Assembly (NCBI GenBank): GCA_963665045.2 | Contig: CAXXJQ010000006.1 | Coordinates: 375,053-439,052 of the forward strand | Source of the DNA: Desulfuromonadales bacterium | Lineage (GTDB): Bacteria > Desulfobacterota > Desulfuromonadia > Desulfuromonadales > JAAYDE01 | Direction: 5' to 3' | Length of the DNA stretch: 64,000 nt | Translations under genes and position numbers: made by a program | Shown here: piece by piece, positions 9,053 to 17,125 of the stretch | Position numbering within the stretch: position 1 is the first letter of the stretch | How the letters are laid out: each line of letters starts with the position of its first letter | The notes under the pieces: generated by a model | Databases searched by the model: none | Told to the model about the DNA's origin: nothing | Seen by the model: only the letters and a program-made list of their open reading frames with translations

Positions 9053-10036
9053 TTATTGAAATGTTGCCTGTGTTTTTATCTTCTCAGGCAAGGTCAGATG
9101 GAACCTGTCCAACTGGGTCTGATTAAAATAAAATTTGCCTTTACTGTCCATTTTTGGGCTGATATCTTGTGGTCTTTTTTCCCCTTCGAGAATGGCCATG
9201 GCCATTTCTCCGGCCAGCCTGCCATGGGCTTCGCCATAAATCACAAATGAGCCGACCGCCCCTTTAGAGCTGACGGCATAATCCTGATTTGAAAAAACGG
9301 GAACGGAACTGTTCTTCGAAGTCCATTCAACAACCTCTTCAAAGCTGACGTGGTCGCCTTTCTCCTTTTTCAAGGCGTGGGAGGTTGGCATAATAATCAT
9401 GTCATATCCCTTCGCATTTTTTACGATATTTTTCCACTCGTTCCAATCCCTGGCGATTTTATACTCCGTGTTAAGCCCAGAGACAACCACGCTTGTTCTT
9501 TTCTGAAAGGTGACATTTAAAATCGCCTCTGATGTGGAACTTGAATCCAATAACACCAGAGCTTTTTCTGCCCAAGGTATTATCGGCTGGAGATATCTCA
9601 GCCATGGAAAAAGAGGCACCCGCTCCAGAACCCCGGTTATATTGTCCGGCAATTTCACAAAATATTGGCGAGGGTTGTTGTTTATGCCAAAATAGATGAT
9701 AGGTGTCTGGGTCTCGGCAAATTTTGGCCCAAGAAGCCTTAAGCCGATGTCGTCACCAATCATGACCAGAGCGGGGCCGGTTTTCTTATACTCAACCCAG
9801 GCGGCTTCGGCTCTCCTCAGAAACTCCGTCTCCGGTAATCTCTTTGCATCCAAATAAAAGGTCTCAATCCGATATTTCGACCCGGTCGCACTTGTGATAC
9901 CTTTTTCACATTGAACAGTCCACGCCAGATCGGGATGGTAACTCTGAATAATCAGAATACTTTTTTGCTTTGCGACCGCATCTGCAGAAAACGACAGAAC
10001 TATAATAAACAAAAGAGTTGTAAACAGCTTCTTCAT
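9053..10036 (-). CDS. periplasmic solute-binding-like protein (ABC_sub_bind/BMP-like fold), orphan
   Basis: The ATG at 10036 is preceded by GGTGGGGGAAA. Signal peptide MKKLFTTLLFIIVLSFSADAVA. KSILIIQSYHPDLAWT resembles PF04392-type binding proteins. No permease or ATPase gene is adjacent. Confidence 0.6.
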   Translation of the reverse strand: MKKLFTTLLFIIVLSFSADAVAKQKSILIIQSYHPDLAWTVQCEKGITSATGSKYRIETFYLDAKRLPETEFLRRAEAAWVEYKKTGPALVMIGDDIGLRLLGPKFAETQTPIIYFGINNNPRQYFVKLPDNITGVLERVPLFPWLRYLQPIIPWAEKALVLLDSSSTSEAILNVTFQKRTSVVVSGLNTEYKIARDWNEWKNIVKNAKGYDMIIMPTSHALKKEKGDHVSFEEVVEWTSKNSSVPVFSNQDYAVSSKGAVGSFVIYGEAHGRLAGEMAMAILEGEKRPQDISPKMDSKGKFYFNQTQLDRFHLTLPEKIKTQATFQ

Positions 10037-10287
10037 TTCCCCCACCTGCCCTGTTGAAATTGTAGTCGCCAATAGGTACCTTGCTACAAGGTCTGCTTTT
10101 AATATTAAATCAAATGACCCTTGAGAATAAATGCATATGCTCAACCAGGTCTCTGCGTTTTTCTTTGCAAGATAACATTGAGGTTTGCGCCTCTGTGCTC
10201 TAAGATAGCGAAGTTTTTATCCCCGGAGACTCCCTTTAGCAAACCACGATCTCATCGAAATTCAATAATGAAAACAAGGAAATAGCC

Positions 10288-11454
10288 ATGGGCATCCTCA
10301 GCAATACCGTCAGCATCTCTCAATTCCGTGTCGTGGGCGACCAGCCGACCGTGGATTTTTTCACCTGGGTCGATAAATGCCTTGAAAGCGGGGGCTTTCG
10401 CTCCATTGAACGCAACAGCGATGAAATATCCATGGGATGGGTCCGCCTCGACAACGCCCAGGACAGTGAATTCGGTGCGGGCCACACCTGCCAAAAGGAC
10501 CACTACCTGGCGTTTACCCTGCGCCGCGATCAGCGCCGCCTTTCGAGTGCCCTGATCAAATACGCCCGCGACGAGGCCGAAGCCGATTTTCTCGAAGCCA
10601 ACCCTCATCTGCAACACATCCCCAAGCAGAAACGTTTGGAAATTCGCGAACTGGTGCGCAACGACCTGCTTACACGCACCCTGCCGTCGCCGGCCACCTT
10701 TGACGTGGTCTGGGATACGCGTAACGATCTGGTGACCTTTGCCTGCTTGAGCAGCAAAACCATCGATCTGTTCATGGAAGAATTCAAAAAAACCTTCGAG
10801 GGTCTGCGCCTGGTGCCGGTATATCCTTTTGCCCGCGCCCGCGCCGTGATACCTGAGCAGCTTGTGGAAAACCTGGCCAGGGCCAACCGCGCCGACAGTG
10901 ACGCGGTCATGGACATGGTGAAGGAAAACCGCTGGCTGGGATGTGATTTTTTGTTGTGGCTTTTGTACCAGACCCAAGCCGCCGGTTCCGAATACCGCAT
11001 CTCTCAGCCCGGACCGGCCAACAACGGGGAAACCTTTGTAGCCTACATCAACCACCGCATGACCCTGGCCGGTGCGAGCGAGGAGGGCCCTCAGCGCGTA
11101 TCGGTGACCGGCCCTCAGGTCAACTTTAGCGAGGTACGTGCGGCCCTGCGGGACGGCAAGGAGATTCTCCAGGCCGGAATCTGTTTCGAGACCCAGGAGG
11201 ATACCTGGAAACTCGTCCTGAAAGGGGATATGTTCCACTTTTCCTCATTCAAATCCCCGCCGGTTAAAATCGAAAAAGATGACCTGACCGATCCTCAGTT
11301 GGAATTCGAGGCCGTATTTTTTGAACGTATGCTGTTGCTGGAGAAAGGGATTCAGATGTTCGACAGCCTGCTGGCCGCGTTTCTCAGCCAACGCCTGGGC
11401 GAAACATGGCAGGAGCGGAGCAAGGCTATCCAGAACTGGATTCAAGAAGGCTGA
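10288..11454 (+). CDS. rdgC: recombination-associated protein RdgC
   Basis: Collinear with E. coli RdgC as I recall it: ISQFRV, MGWVRLDN, FTLRRDQRRLSSALIK, and TLPSPATFDVVWDTRNDLVTFACLSSKTIDLFMEEFKKTFEGL. It is longer than the enteric protein. Confidence 0.7.
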   Translation: MGILSNTVSISQFRVVGDQPTVDFFTWVDKCLESGGFRSIERNSDEISMGWVRLDNAQDSEFGAGHTCQKDHYLAFTLRRDQRRLSSALIKYARDEAEADFLEANPHLQHIPKQKRLEIRELVRNDLLTRTLPSPATFDVVWDTRNDLVTFACLSSKTIDLFMEEFKKTFEGLRLVPVYPFARARAVIPEQLVENLARANRADSDAVMDMVKENRWLGCDFLLWLLYQTQAAGSEYRISQPGPANNGETFVAYINHRMTLAGASEEGPQRVSVTGPQVNFSEVRAALRDGKEILQAGICFETQEDTWKLVLKGDMFHFSSFKSPPVKIEKDDLTDPQLEFEAVFFERMLLLEKGIQMFDSLLAAFLSQRLGETWQERSKAIQNWIQEG

Positions 11455-11470
11455 TAAAAGGGAACGTCCT

Positions 11471-12400
11471 CTACTCCTTTTTTTCAAAAAATTCCGGATA
11501 AAGTTTTTTGGAGCATTCGGGACAAAAACCATGACTGAATACCGCCTCGGAATGATCTCTGATATATTTTTCGATCTGTGTCCAGTAGCCTTTGTCATCC
11601 TTGATTTTCTTGCAGGACGCGCAAATAGGGAGCATCCCGCTCAACTTTTTAACCTCGGAAAGGGCCTCTTGTAGCTTTTTTGTCTCCAATTGGATCGCTT
11701 CCTCGGACCTTACTCGATTGGCCATCTCCCTTTTCAGAGTCCGGACCATTCTGGTTAGGCCATACCCTAAAAACACGGTGAACGCTGCCACCAGAATTAA
11801 CCATGATTGGGTGTAAAGCAGGATTCGCTTTGCACTCCCCATAACTTCGGTTCTCAGCTTGCTTTCCAACTCTATTTCAAGCGTTGCCAGTTCAACCCCG
11901 AAGCTTCTAATGGCAGAAATTTTTTCATGAAGTCCGAATACGATTTCCCGGTGTGCCTCAAGATTGAATCTTCCTGAATCTTCTAAAGCCTTGTCATGAG
12001 ACATGATGAGTGCGTTGCCAACCGACAGGATGTCCCTGGTATTACTTTTGATTTTGTCCAGAATCGCTCTGGCCTGGGGAACCCCGATTTTTTGATCAAG
12101 GATTGAAATCTGCTTTTTCAGGGATTCGACCCGCCGGGGGAACTTCTCTTTATCCACTTTTCTGTGCAATACCAGGTAAAGCATGAGATGGCCTTCGGCC
12201 CGCTTCACATAACTGCTTACTTCCGTTGCAGCTGTGGCAATAGCCCGGAAATGCTTTTCACTGTCTTCAAAAGAATGGATGATTTGTCTCGTGGTATTCA
12301 GGGCATAAATACCAATAAGGGCAATTAATGCAATGGAAGTGAAAAAAGCAAAGATTAAAAGCCGGAATCTCATTTGTTGAAAAACCTTTTTTTTAATCAT
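11471..12400 (-). CDS. two-TM membrane sensor-like protein with helical periplasmic domain, coiled coil and C-terminal Cys/His (zinc-ribbon-like) module
   Basis: TM segments LLIFAFFTSIALIALIGIYAL and LLYTQSWLILVAAFTVFLGYGL. C-terminus LSGMLPICASCKKIKDDKGYWTQIEKYIRDHSEAVFSHGFCPECSKKLYP. Confidence 0.8.
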   Translation of the reverse strand: MIKKKVFQQMRFRLLIFAFFTSIALIALIGIYALNTTRQIIHSFEDSEKHFRAIATAATEVSSYVKRAEGHLMLYLVLHRKVDKEKFPRRVESLKKQISILDQKIGVPQARAILDKIKSNTRDILSVGNALIMSHDKALEDSGRFNLEAHREIVFGLHEKISAIRSFGVELATLEIELESKLRTEVMGSAKRILLYTQSWLILVAAFTVFLGYGLTRMVRTLKREMANRVRSEEAIQLETKKLQEALSEVKKLSGMLPICASCKKIKDDKGYWTQIEKYIRDHSEAVFSHGFCPECSKKLYPEFFEKKE

Positions 12401-12666
12401 TCCCGCAGTTCAGCCTGGCACCTCTGCCCTTTAGTTCTGACCTGTGAATTCAGAAAGATAACCAGAGATTGGAGAATAAAGGCAAAGTCGCACAGCAGCG
12501 CTTTTTGAAGGCATGAAAAGAGAGTGGATAACTAAATTCTATCAAAGATAATTTTTTTAACTATGTGATCACCAGCAAAATCCCAAAAAAATTACGGCTC
12601 TTCGGATTATGAACCGCGCCATCAAAACCGAGATCTTTTTTATATACCTTCCAAATCTTTTTCATA

Positions 12667-12695
12667 TTGACAAGCCCGTCCCCATCATCTTAAAT
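12667..12695 (+). promoter_or_regulatory. sigma70-type promoter of the B12-riboswitch operon
   Basis: TTGACA (12667-12672), 17 nt spacer, TTAAAT (12690-12695), placed just upstream of the riboswitch P1 stem. Confidence 0.55.
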
Positions 12696-12700
12696 GAGGA

Positions 12701-12877
12701 CGTCAACGGTGCGCGCAAGCGCCTAACAGGGAATCCCGTGAAAATCGGGAGCGGTCCCGCCGCTGTGACCCTCCCCCTTTTGGGGAAAATGCTACCGGCC
12801 AAGTGCGCCACTGAAACGATAAATCGTTTCGGGAAGGCCGCCGGCAGCAGAGGGGAGCCAGAAGACCTGCCTTGACG
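12701..12877 (+). promoter_or_regulatory. cobalamin (B12) riboswitch aptamer
   Basis: Conserved core AGGGAATCCCGTGAAAATCGGGAGCGGTCCCGCCGCTGTGA, GCCACTG, and B12 box AGCCAGAAGACCTGCC. P1 pairs CGTCAA (12701-12706) with TTGACG (12872-12877). It lies upstream of a cbiK plus ABC importer operon. Confidence 0.9.
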
Positions 12878-12942
12878 AAAGCCTTCCTTCTGCGGGAGAC
12901 AGACAGGGGCAGACATGAATAGGGCCAAGGAAACTGGGTGCA

Positions 12943-12981
12943 GCCCTTCAAACCGACAACGGCTTGAAGGGCTTTATTTTT
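12943..12981 (+). terminator. intrinsic terminator (riboswitch expression platform)
   Basis: Stem GCCCTTCAA/TTGAAGGGC with an 11-12 nt loop, followed by TTTATTTTT. It sits between the aptamer and the cbiK RBS. Confidence 0.8.
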
Positions 12982-13011
12982 AGCCCCAAGCCACCAAGGA
13001 AAGGGGCAAAA

Positions 13012-13890
13012 ATGAAAAAGACTGTATTAGCAGGATTATTGATGATGTTGGCAACGTTAATGGCTCTTCCGGCCCTGGCCGGCGGCCATGGACACAAACG
13101 GGAAATGAAAAAAGGTATTTTACTGGTGGCGTTTGGTACCAGTGTCCCTAGAGCCCAAGTATCATTCAAAAACATTGAAAAGAAAGTCAAAACCGCCTAC
13201 CCGGATATCCCGGTGCGCTGGGCCTACACCTCAAAGATTATCCGCGACAAACTGGCAAAAAGCGGGCAGCATCTCGACTCTCCCGAAACCGCTCTGGCAA
13301 AAATGATGGATGAAGGCTTTACCCATGTGGCTGTGCAGTCCCTCCACACCATCGCCGGAGAGGAGTTTCACGACCTACAGCGCAATGTCCATGCGTTCAT
13401 GGGCATGGCCGGCGGCTTTGACAACATCCAGGTCGGCTACCCACTGCTCGGCACCCAGAAAGACCTGGAGCGGGTCGTTGCCGCCATGATCAAAAACATC
13501 CCCAAAGAGCGTAAAAAATCCGAAGCAGTTGTTCTCATGGGACACGGCACGCCGCATCCGGCCAACGCCTTCTACGCGGCCATGATGTTCCATTTCCAGC
13601 AGCAGGACCCCAATATTTTTGTCGGCACCGTGGAAGGGACACCTGAAATAGGCGACATCAAAAGCATGCTACTGGCCAAAAAAATCCAAAAGGCCTACCT
13701 GATTCCCTTCATGTCGGTAGCAGGGGACCATGCCATGAACGACATGGCAGGTGAAGAAGATGATTCATGGAAATCGATCCTGAGTGCGGCAGGGATTTCG
13801 TGCATCCCGATCCTCAAGGGCACAGCGGAATACGATGACATCGTTGATATCTGGGTGGACCATCTTAGTGATGCACTTTCCCGTTTCTGA
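13012..13890 (+). CDS. cbiK: sirohydrochlorin cobaltochelatase CbiK, periplasmic (signal-peptide) form
   Basis: The ATG at 13012 follows AAGGAAAGGGG. Signal peptide MKKTVLAGLLMMLATLMALPALA. CbiK blocks LLVAFGTS, LMGHGTPHPANAFY and PFMSVAGDHAMNDM. Confidence 0.85.
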   Translation: MKKTVLAGLLMMLATLMALPALAGGHGHKREMKKGILLVAFGTSVPRAQVSFKNIEKKVKTAYPDIPVRWAYTSKIIRDKLAKSGQHLDSPETALAKMMDEGFTHVAVQSLHTIAGEEFHDLQRNVHAFMGMAGGFDNIQVGYPLLGTQKDLERVVAAMIKNIPKERKKSEAVVLMGHGTPHPANAFYAAMMFHFQQQDPNIFVGTVEGTPEIGDIKSMLLAKKIQKAYLIPFMSVAGDHAMNDMAGEEDDSWKSILSAAGISCIPILKGTAEYDDIVDIWVDHLSDALSRF

Positions 13891-13927
13891 TTTTTTTGTC
13901 CTGAGTCTTGAAAAGGGCTGTTTCAGA

Positions 13928-14000
13928 TACCCCCCTCCGGCAAAGTCGGAGCAAAGAGGCATTTTTTGAAAAAAGATGGGCAGACTGTTTGAGTTGAAGG
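13928..14000 (+). repeat. intergenic repeat family A, truncated 5' fragment
   Basis: CCCCCCTCCGGCAAAGTCGGAGCAAAGAGGCATTTTTTGAAAAAAGATGGGCAGACTGTTTGAG aligns with the first third of copies 15886-16095 and 61014-61217. Confidence 0.65.
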
Positions 14001-14004
14001 AGCC

Positions 14005-15069
14005 ATGAAGGCGATTCAAAAAAACAAAACGTCGGCCAACCCCTCCCCTAAACGCCTGCCTACTGTTGCCACGCTGATTGCTCTCGCCCTGCTGCTGGCC
14101 CTGGTTGTCAGCGTCTCGGCAGGAATGGGGTACGTCCGCGTCCCCATATCAGACGTGATACATATAATTGTTTCGCGTCTGATGGGAGGAGCGGACGCAC
14201 TGGCTGGCATGGCCCCCCTCTTCCCGACGGTTATTCTTGACGTACGCCTGCCGCGCATTCTCGCCGCCGCCCTGGTGGGGGGAGGGCTGGCGGTTTCGGG
14301 GGCAGTTTTCCAGGGGATCCTGCTCAACCCCCTGGCCGATCCCTATACCCTGGGGGTATCGGCAGGGGCGGCTTTCGGGGCCTCTCTTGCTATTCTTCTC
14401 AACGTCAGTTTCATGGGAGCCTGGTCCGTTTCCCTCTTCGCTTTTCTCGGAGCACTGGGGACCCTGGCTGTCGTCATCTACCTGTCTTCGTCGGCGGGGG
14501 GCCTTTCATCCAACAACCTGATTCTGTCCGGGATTATCGTTGCCGCCATTCTCGCCGCAGGCATCAGCTTTTTGAAATACATGGCCGACGAACAGGTGGC
14601 GGTCATCATTTTCTGGCTCATGGGCAGCTTCGCTTTTCAAACCTGGGGCAACGTTTTCCTGCTGGCGCTATTCATTAGTCTCGGGTTCGCGGTCTTCATT
14701 TTTTTCGCCCGCGATCTCAACCTCATGTCCATGGGCGACCGTACTGCCGCCACCCTGGGGGTGGAAACCCGCCGCACCATGTTGATTCTGCTGGTTGCCG
14801 CCTCCCTGCTAGCGGCCGTCTGTGTGGCGGTATCGGGCATCATCGGCTTCGTTGGCCTGCTGATTCCGCATATGATGCGTGCCCTGACCGGCCCGGACAA
14901 CCGCCGTCTAATTCCGGTTTCCCTGCTGGCGGGAGCGGTCCTGCTGGTTGCGGCCGACACCCTGACCCGGGCGGTCCTGCCGGCGGAAGTCCCCATCGGC
15001 ATCCTCACCGCCCTCATCGGCGGACCGTTTTTCTGCTACATTTTCCGAAAACAACGCATGGGGCTGTAA
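14005..15069 (+). CDS. FecCD-family ABC permease (BtuC/iron-siderophore/cobalamin type)
   Basis: Polytopic protein with typical FecCD blocks RLPRILAAALVGGGLAVSGAVFQGILLNPLADPYTLGVSAGAAFG and GIIGFVGLLIPHMMR. Confidence 0.9.
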   Translation: MKAIQKNKTSANPSPKRLPTVATLIALALLLALVVSVSAGMGYVRVPISDVIHIIVSRLMGGADALAGMAPLFPTVILDVRLPRILAAALVGGGLAVSGAVFQGILLNPLADPYTLGVSAGAAFGASLAILLNVSFMGAWSVSLFAFLGALGTLAVVIYLSSSAGGLSSNNLILSGIIVAAILAAGISFLKYMADEQVAVIIFWLMGSFAFQTWGNVFLLALFISLGFAVFIFFARDLNLMSMGDRTAATLGVETRRTMLILLVAASLLAAVCVAVSGIIGFVGLLIPHMMRALTGPDNRRLIPVSLLAGAVLLVAADTLTRAVLPAEVPIGILTALIGGPFFCYIFRKQRMGL

Positions 15070-15074
15070 AAACC

Positions 15075-15866
15075 ATGGCCACTGCTATCCTTATTGACAA
15101 TATCGGCTTCGGCTACGCAGGGAAACCCCTCATCGATAAGCTGTCGGCAAACCTCGACGAAGGAAGATTCATCGCTATTGTCGGTCCCAACGGTTGCGGC
15201 AAAACCACTCTCGTCAATCTCCTGGCAGGGACTCTTCGCCCCCGTTGGGGCCGCATCCTGTTAAGAGAGACATCTCTATCCGCCTACACCAGAAGACGAT
15301 TGGCCAGGGAAATCGCCCTGATGCCACAGAATTTCAATGTGAACTTCGCATTCAGCGTCCGGGAGGTGGTGATGATGGGCCGTTATCCTCATATACCAAG
15401 GTTCTCGCAGCCAACGTCACTCGACCATGCCCGGGTGGATGAGGCTCTGGCCGCGACCGACACTGTAGATTTTGCCGACCAACTGGTGACCGAGTTGAGC
15501 GGCGGCGAGCGCCAGCGGGTGATCGCAGCCCGCGCCCTGGCTCAGGACACCCCTGTTCTGATTCTTGATGAGGCGACATCGAACCTCGATATCCGCCATG
15601 CCATCTCGCTGCTCGAGCATGTTCGTAACCGCATCAAGGAACAGGGGCGGACTGTCATCGCCGTGTTTCAGGACATCAACCTGGCGGCCCGTTTCAGCGA
15701 CGATCTGCTGATGATGAAAAATGGCCGCATCGAGGTCTTTGGCCCCACGGCGGAGGTGCTGACTCCCGAAAACCTGGAACGGGTTTTCGATATTGCGGCC
15801 AGAGTCACCTTTGATCCTTTTGTCGAAGCAGACCAAGTGACTTTTGCACACAAAATGGATGGCTGA
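15075..15866 (+). CDS. ABC transporter ATP-binding protein (BtuD/FepC type)
   Basis: Walker A GPNGCGKTT, signature LSGGERQRV, Walker B VLILDEATSNLD. Confidence 0.9.
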   Translation: MATAILIDNIGFGYAGKPLIDKLSANLDEGRFIAIVGPNGCGKTTLVNLLAGTLRPRWGRILLRETSLSAYTRRRLAREIALMPQNFNVNFAFSVREVVMMGRYPHIPRFSQPTSLDHARVDEALAATDTVDFADQLVTELSGGERQRVIAARALAQDTPVLILDEATSNLDIRHAISLLEHVRNRIKEQGRTVIAVFQDINLAARFSDDLLMMKNGRIEVFGPTAEVLTPENLERVFDIAARVTFDPFVEADQVTFAHKMDG

Positions 15867-15885
15867 GGGTTGTGTTAGCTGCTGT

Positions 15886-16095
15886 TTTCTTCCCCCTTGT
15901 GATGCAGCCGGAGTGGATGGGATATTTTGAGAAAAAAACGGACAGACTGTCTGAGCGAAGCGAGTTTCTGGCCGTCCTCAAAATAGCCCAGAAACGTAGG
16001 GAACCCAAAGGGCAAATCACGGGGTGCCCTTTTTCTGCTTACTCTTTTTAGGCAAGTAAAAAGAGTAAGGCGCCGTCAGGGGGCGCAACCCCTGG
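15886..16095 (+). repeat. intergenic repeat family A, full copy 1 (ABC ATPase | binding protein)
   Basis: Aligns along its length with 55315-55522 and 61014-61217. Contains two predicted stem-loop modules, including a perfect 13-bp stem at 16038-16050/16057-16069. Track ORF 15805..16020 (-) is probably spurious. Confidence 0.85.
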
Positions 16096-16138
16096 GTTTT
16101 ATAAAGAATCCAATTCCTCCGCAACGACGAAAATTATT

Positions 16139-17125
16139 ATGAGCCTGGAAAAGACCTGTCAAATATTTTTTGTATTTCTGCTCACCACCCTGGTCTCCGT
16201 TTGCCCAAGCCAAGGAGCCGACAAATCCTTCACCATGCTTGGCCACCGCATAACCGATCAGTCAGGCAATGAAATTATTGTCAACACCCCTTTTAAAAGG
16301 GTTGTCTCCCTCTACGGGGCACACACCGAAAACCTTTTTTCTTTAGGCTGTACCACCCAAATCATCGGGGTCCTTCCCCGCACCCACTACCCGCCCAAAG
16401 CACGACATCTCCCGGCTTTTCATTACCGGGAAGGTGCCGAAAAATTCCTCGCCGCCCGGCCCGATCTGGTCCTGATCCGGCCTATGATCGCTAGGGGTTA
16501 TCCCCGGCTGGTGGAAAAATTGCGGGCGAGCGGAATTTCCGTTATCTCAGTGCAACCAGGGAATATAGAAGAGATGTTTCTTTACTGGCGAATCCTTGGC
16601 TTGCTGACAGGACATGAAGAGCAAGCCGAGGCCATGGTGAATGAATTCCAAAAAACGGTTACGGACTTTCGCGCTGCGAGCGAAACAATCAACCCGAAGA
16701 AACGGGTTTTCTTCGAGTCTATCCACAGCAAGATGAAAACCTTCGCACCGGACTCCATGGCGATTTTCGCCCTTGAATGCGCCGGCGGGATCAACCTGGC
16801 GAAGGATGCGGTTCCCGCCCGCAAAACCAACATCGCCGATTTCGGCAAGGAGAGGATTCTTGCTCTCGGCAGCCAGATTGACGTCTACCTCGCGCAGGTC
16901 GGCCCCATGAACCGCCCAACTATTGCAGCTATCAGCGACGAGGCAGGCTTCCACATTATCAAAGCGATACAAACCGGAGATATCCATCTCATTGACGAGA
17001 CCATGGTTAGCCGCCCCACCATGAGACTGCTGGAAGGGATAACAACCATAGGCCGCATTCTTTACCCGGACCGATTTATTCAAGCACAGGAAACACCAAA
17101 AGAAAAAACACCTGATGGCCAATAA
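16139..17125 (+). CDS. ABC transporter periplasmic substrate-binding protein (BtuF/FecB cluster-A type)
   Basis: Signal peptide, then VVSLYGAHTENLFSLG, PDLVLI and a TroA-like pattern. Lies in an operon with the FecCD permease and ATPase downstream of the B12 riboswitch. Confidence 0.8.
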   Translation: MSLEKTCQIFFVFLLTTLVSVCPSQGADKSFTMLGHRITDQSGNEIIVNTPFKRVVSLYGAHTENLFSLGCTTQIIGVLPRTHYPPKARHLPAFHYREGAEKFLAARPDLVLIRPMIARGYPRLVEKLRASGISVISVQPGNIEEMFLYWRILGLLTGHEEQAEAMVNEFQKTVTDFRAASETINPKKRVFFESIHSKMKTFAPDSMAIFALECAGGINLAKDAVPARKTNIADFGKERILALGSQIDVYLAQVGPMNRPTIAAISDEAGFHIIKAIQTGDIHLIDETMVSRPTMRLLEGITTIGRILYPDRFIQAQETPKEKTPDGQ

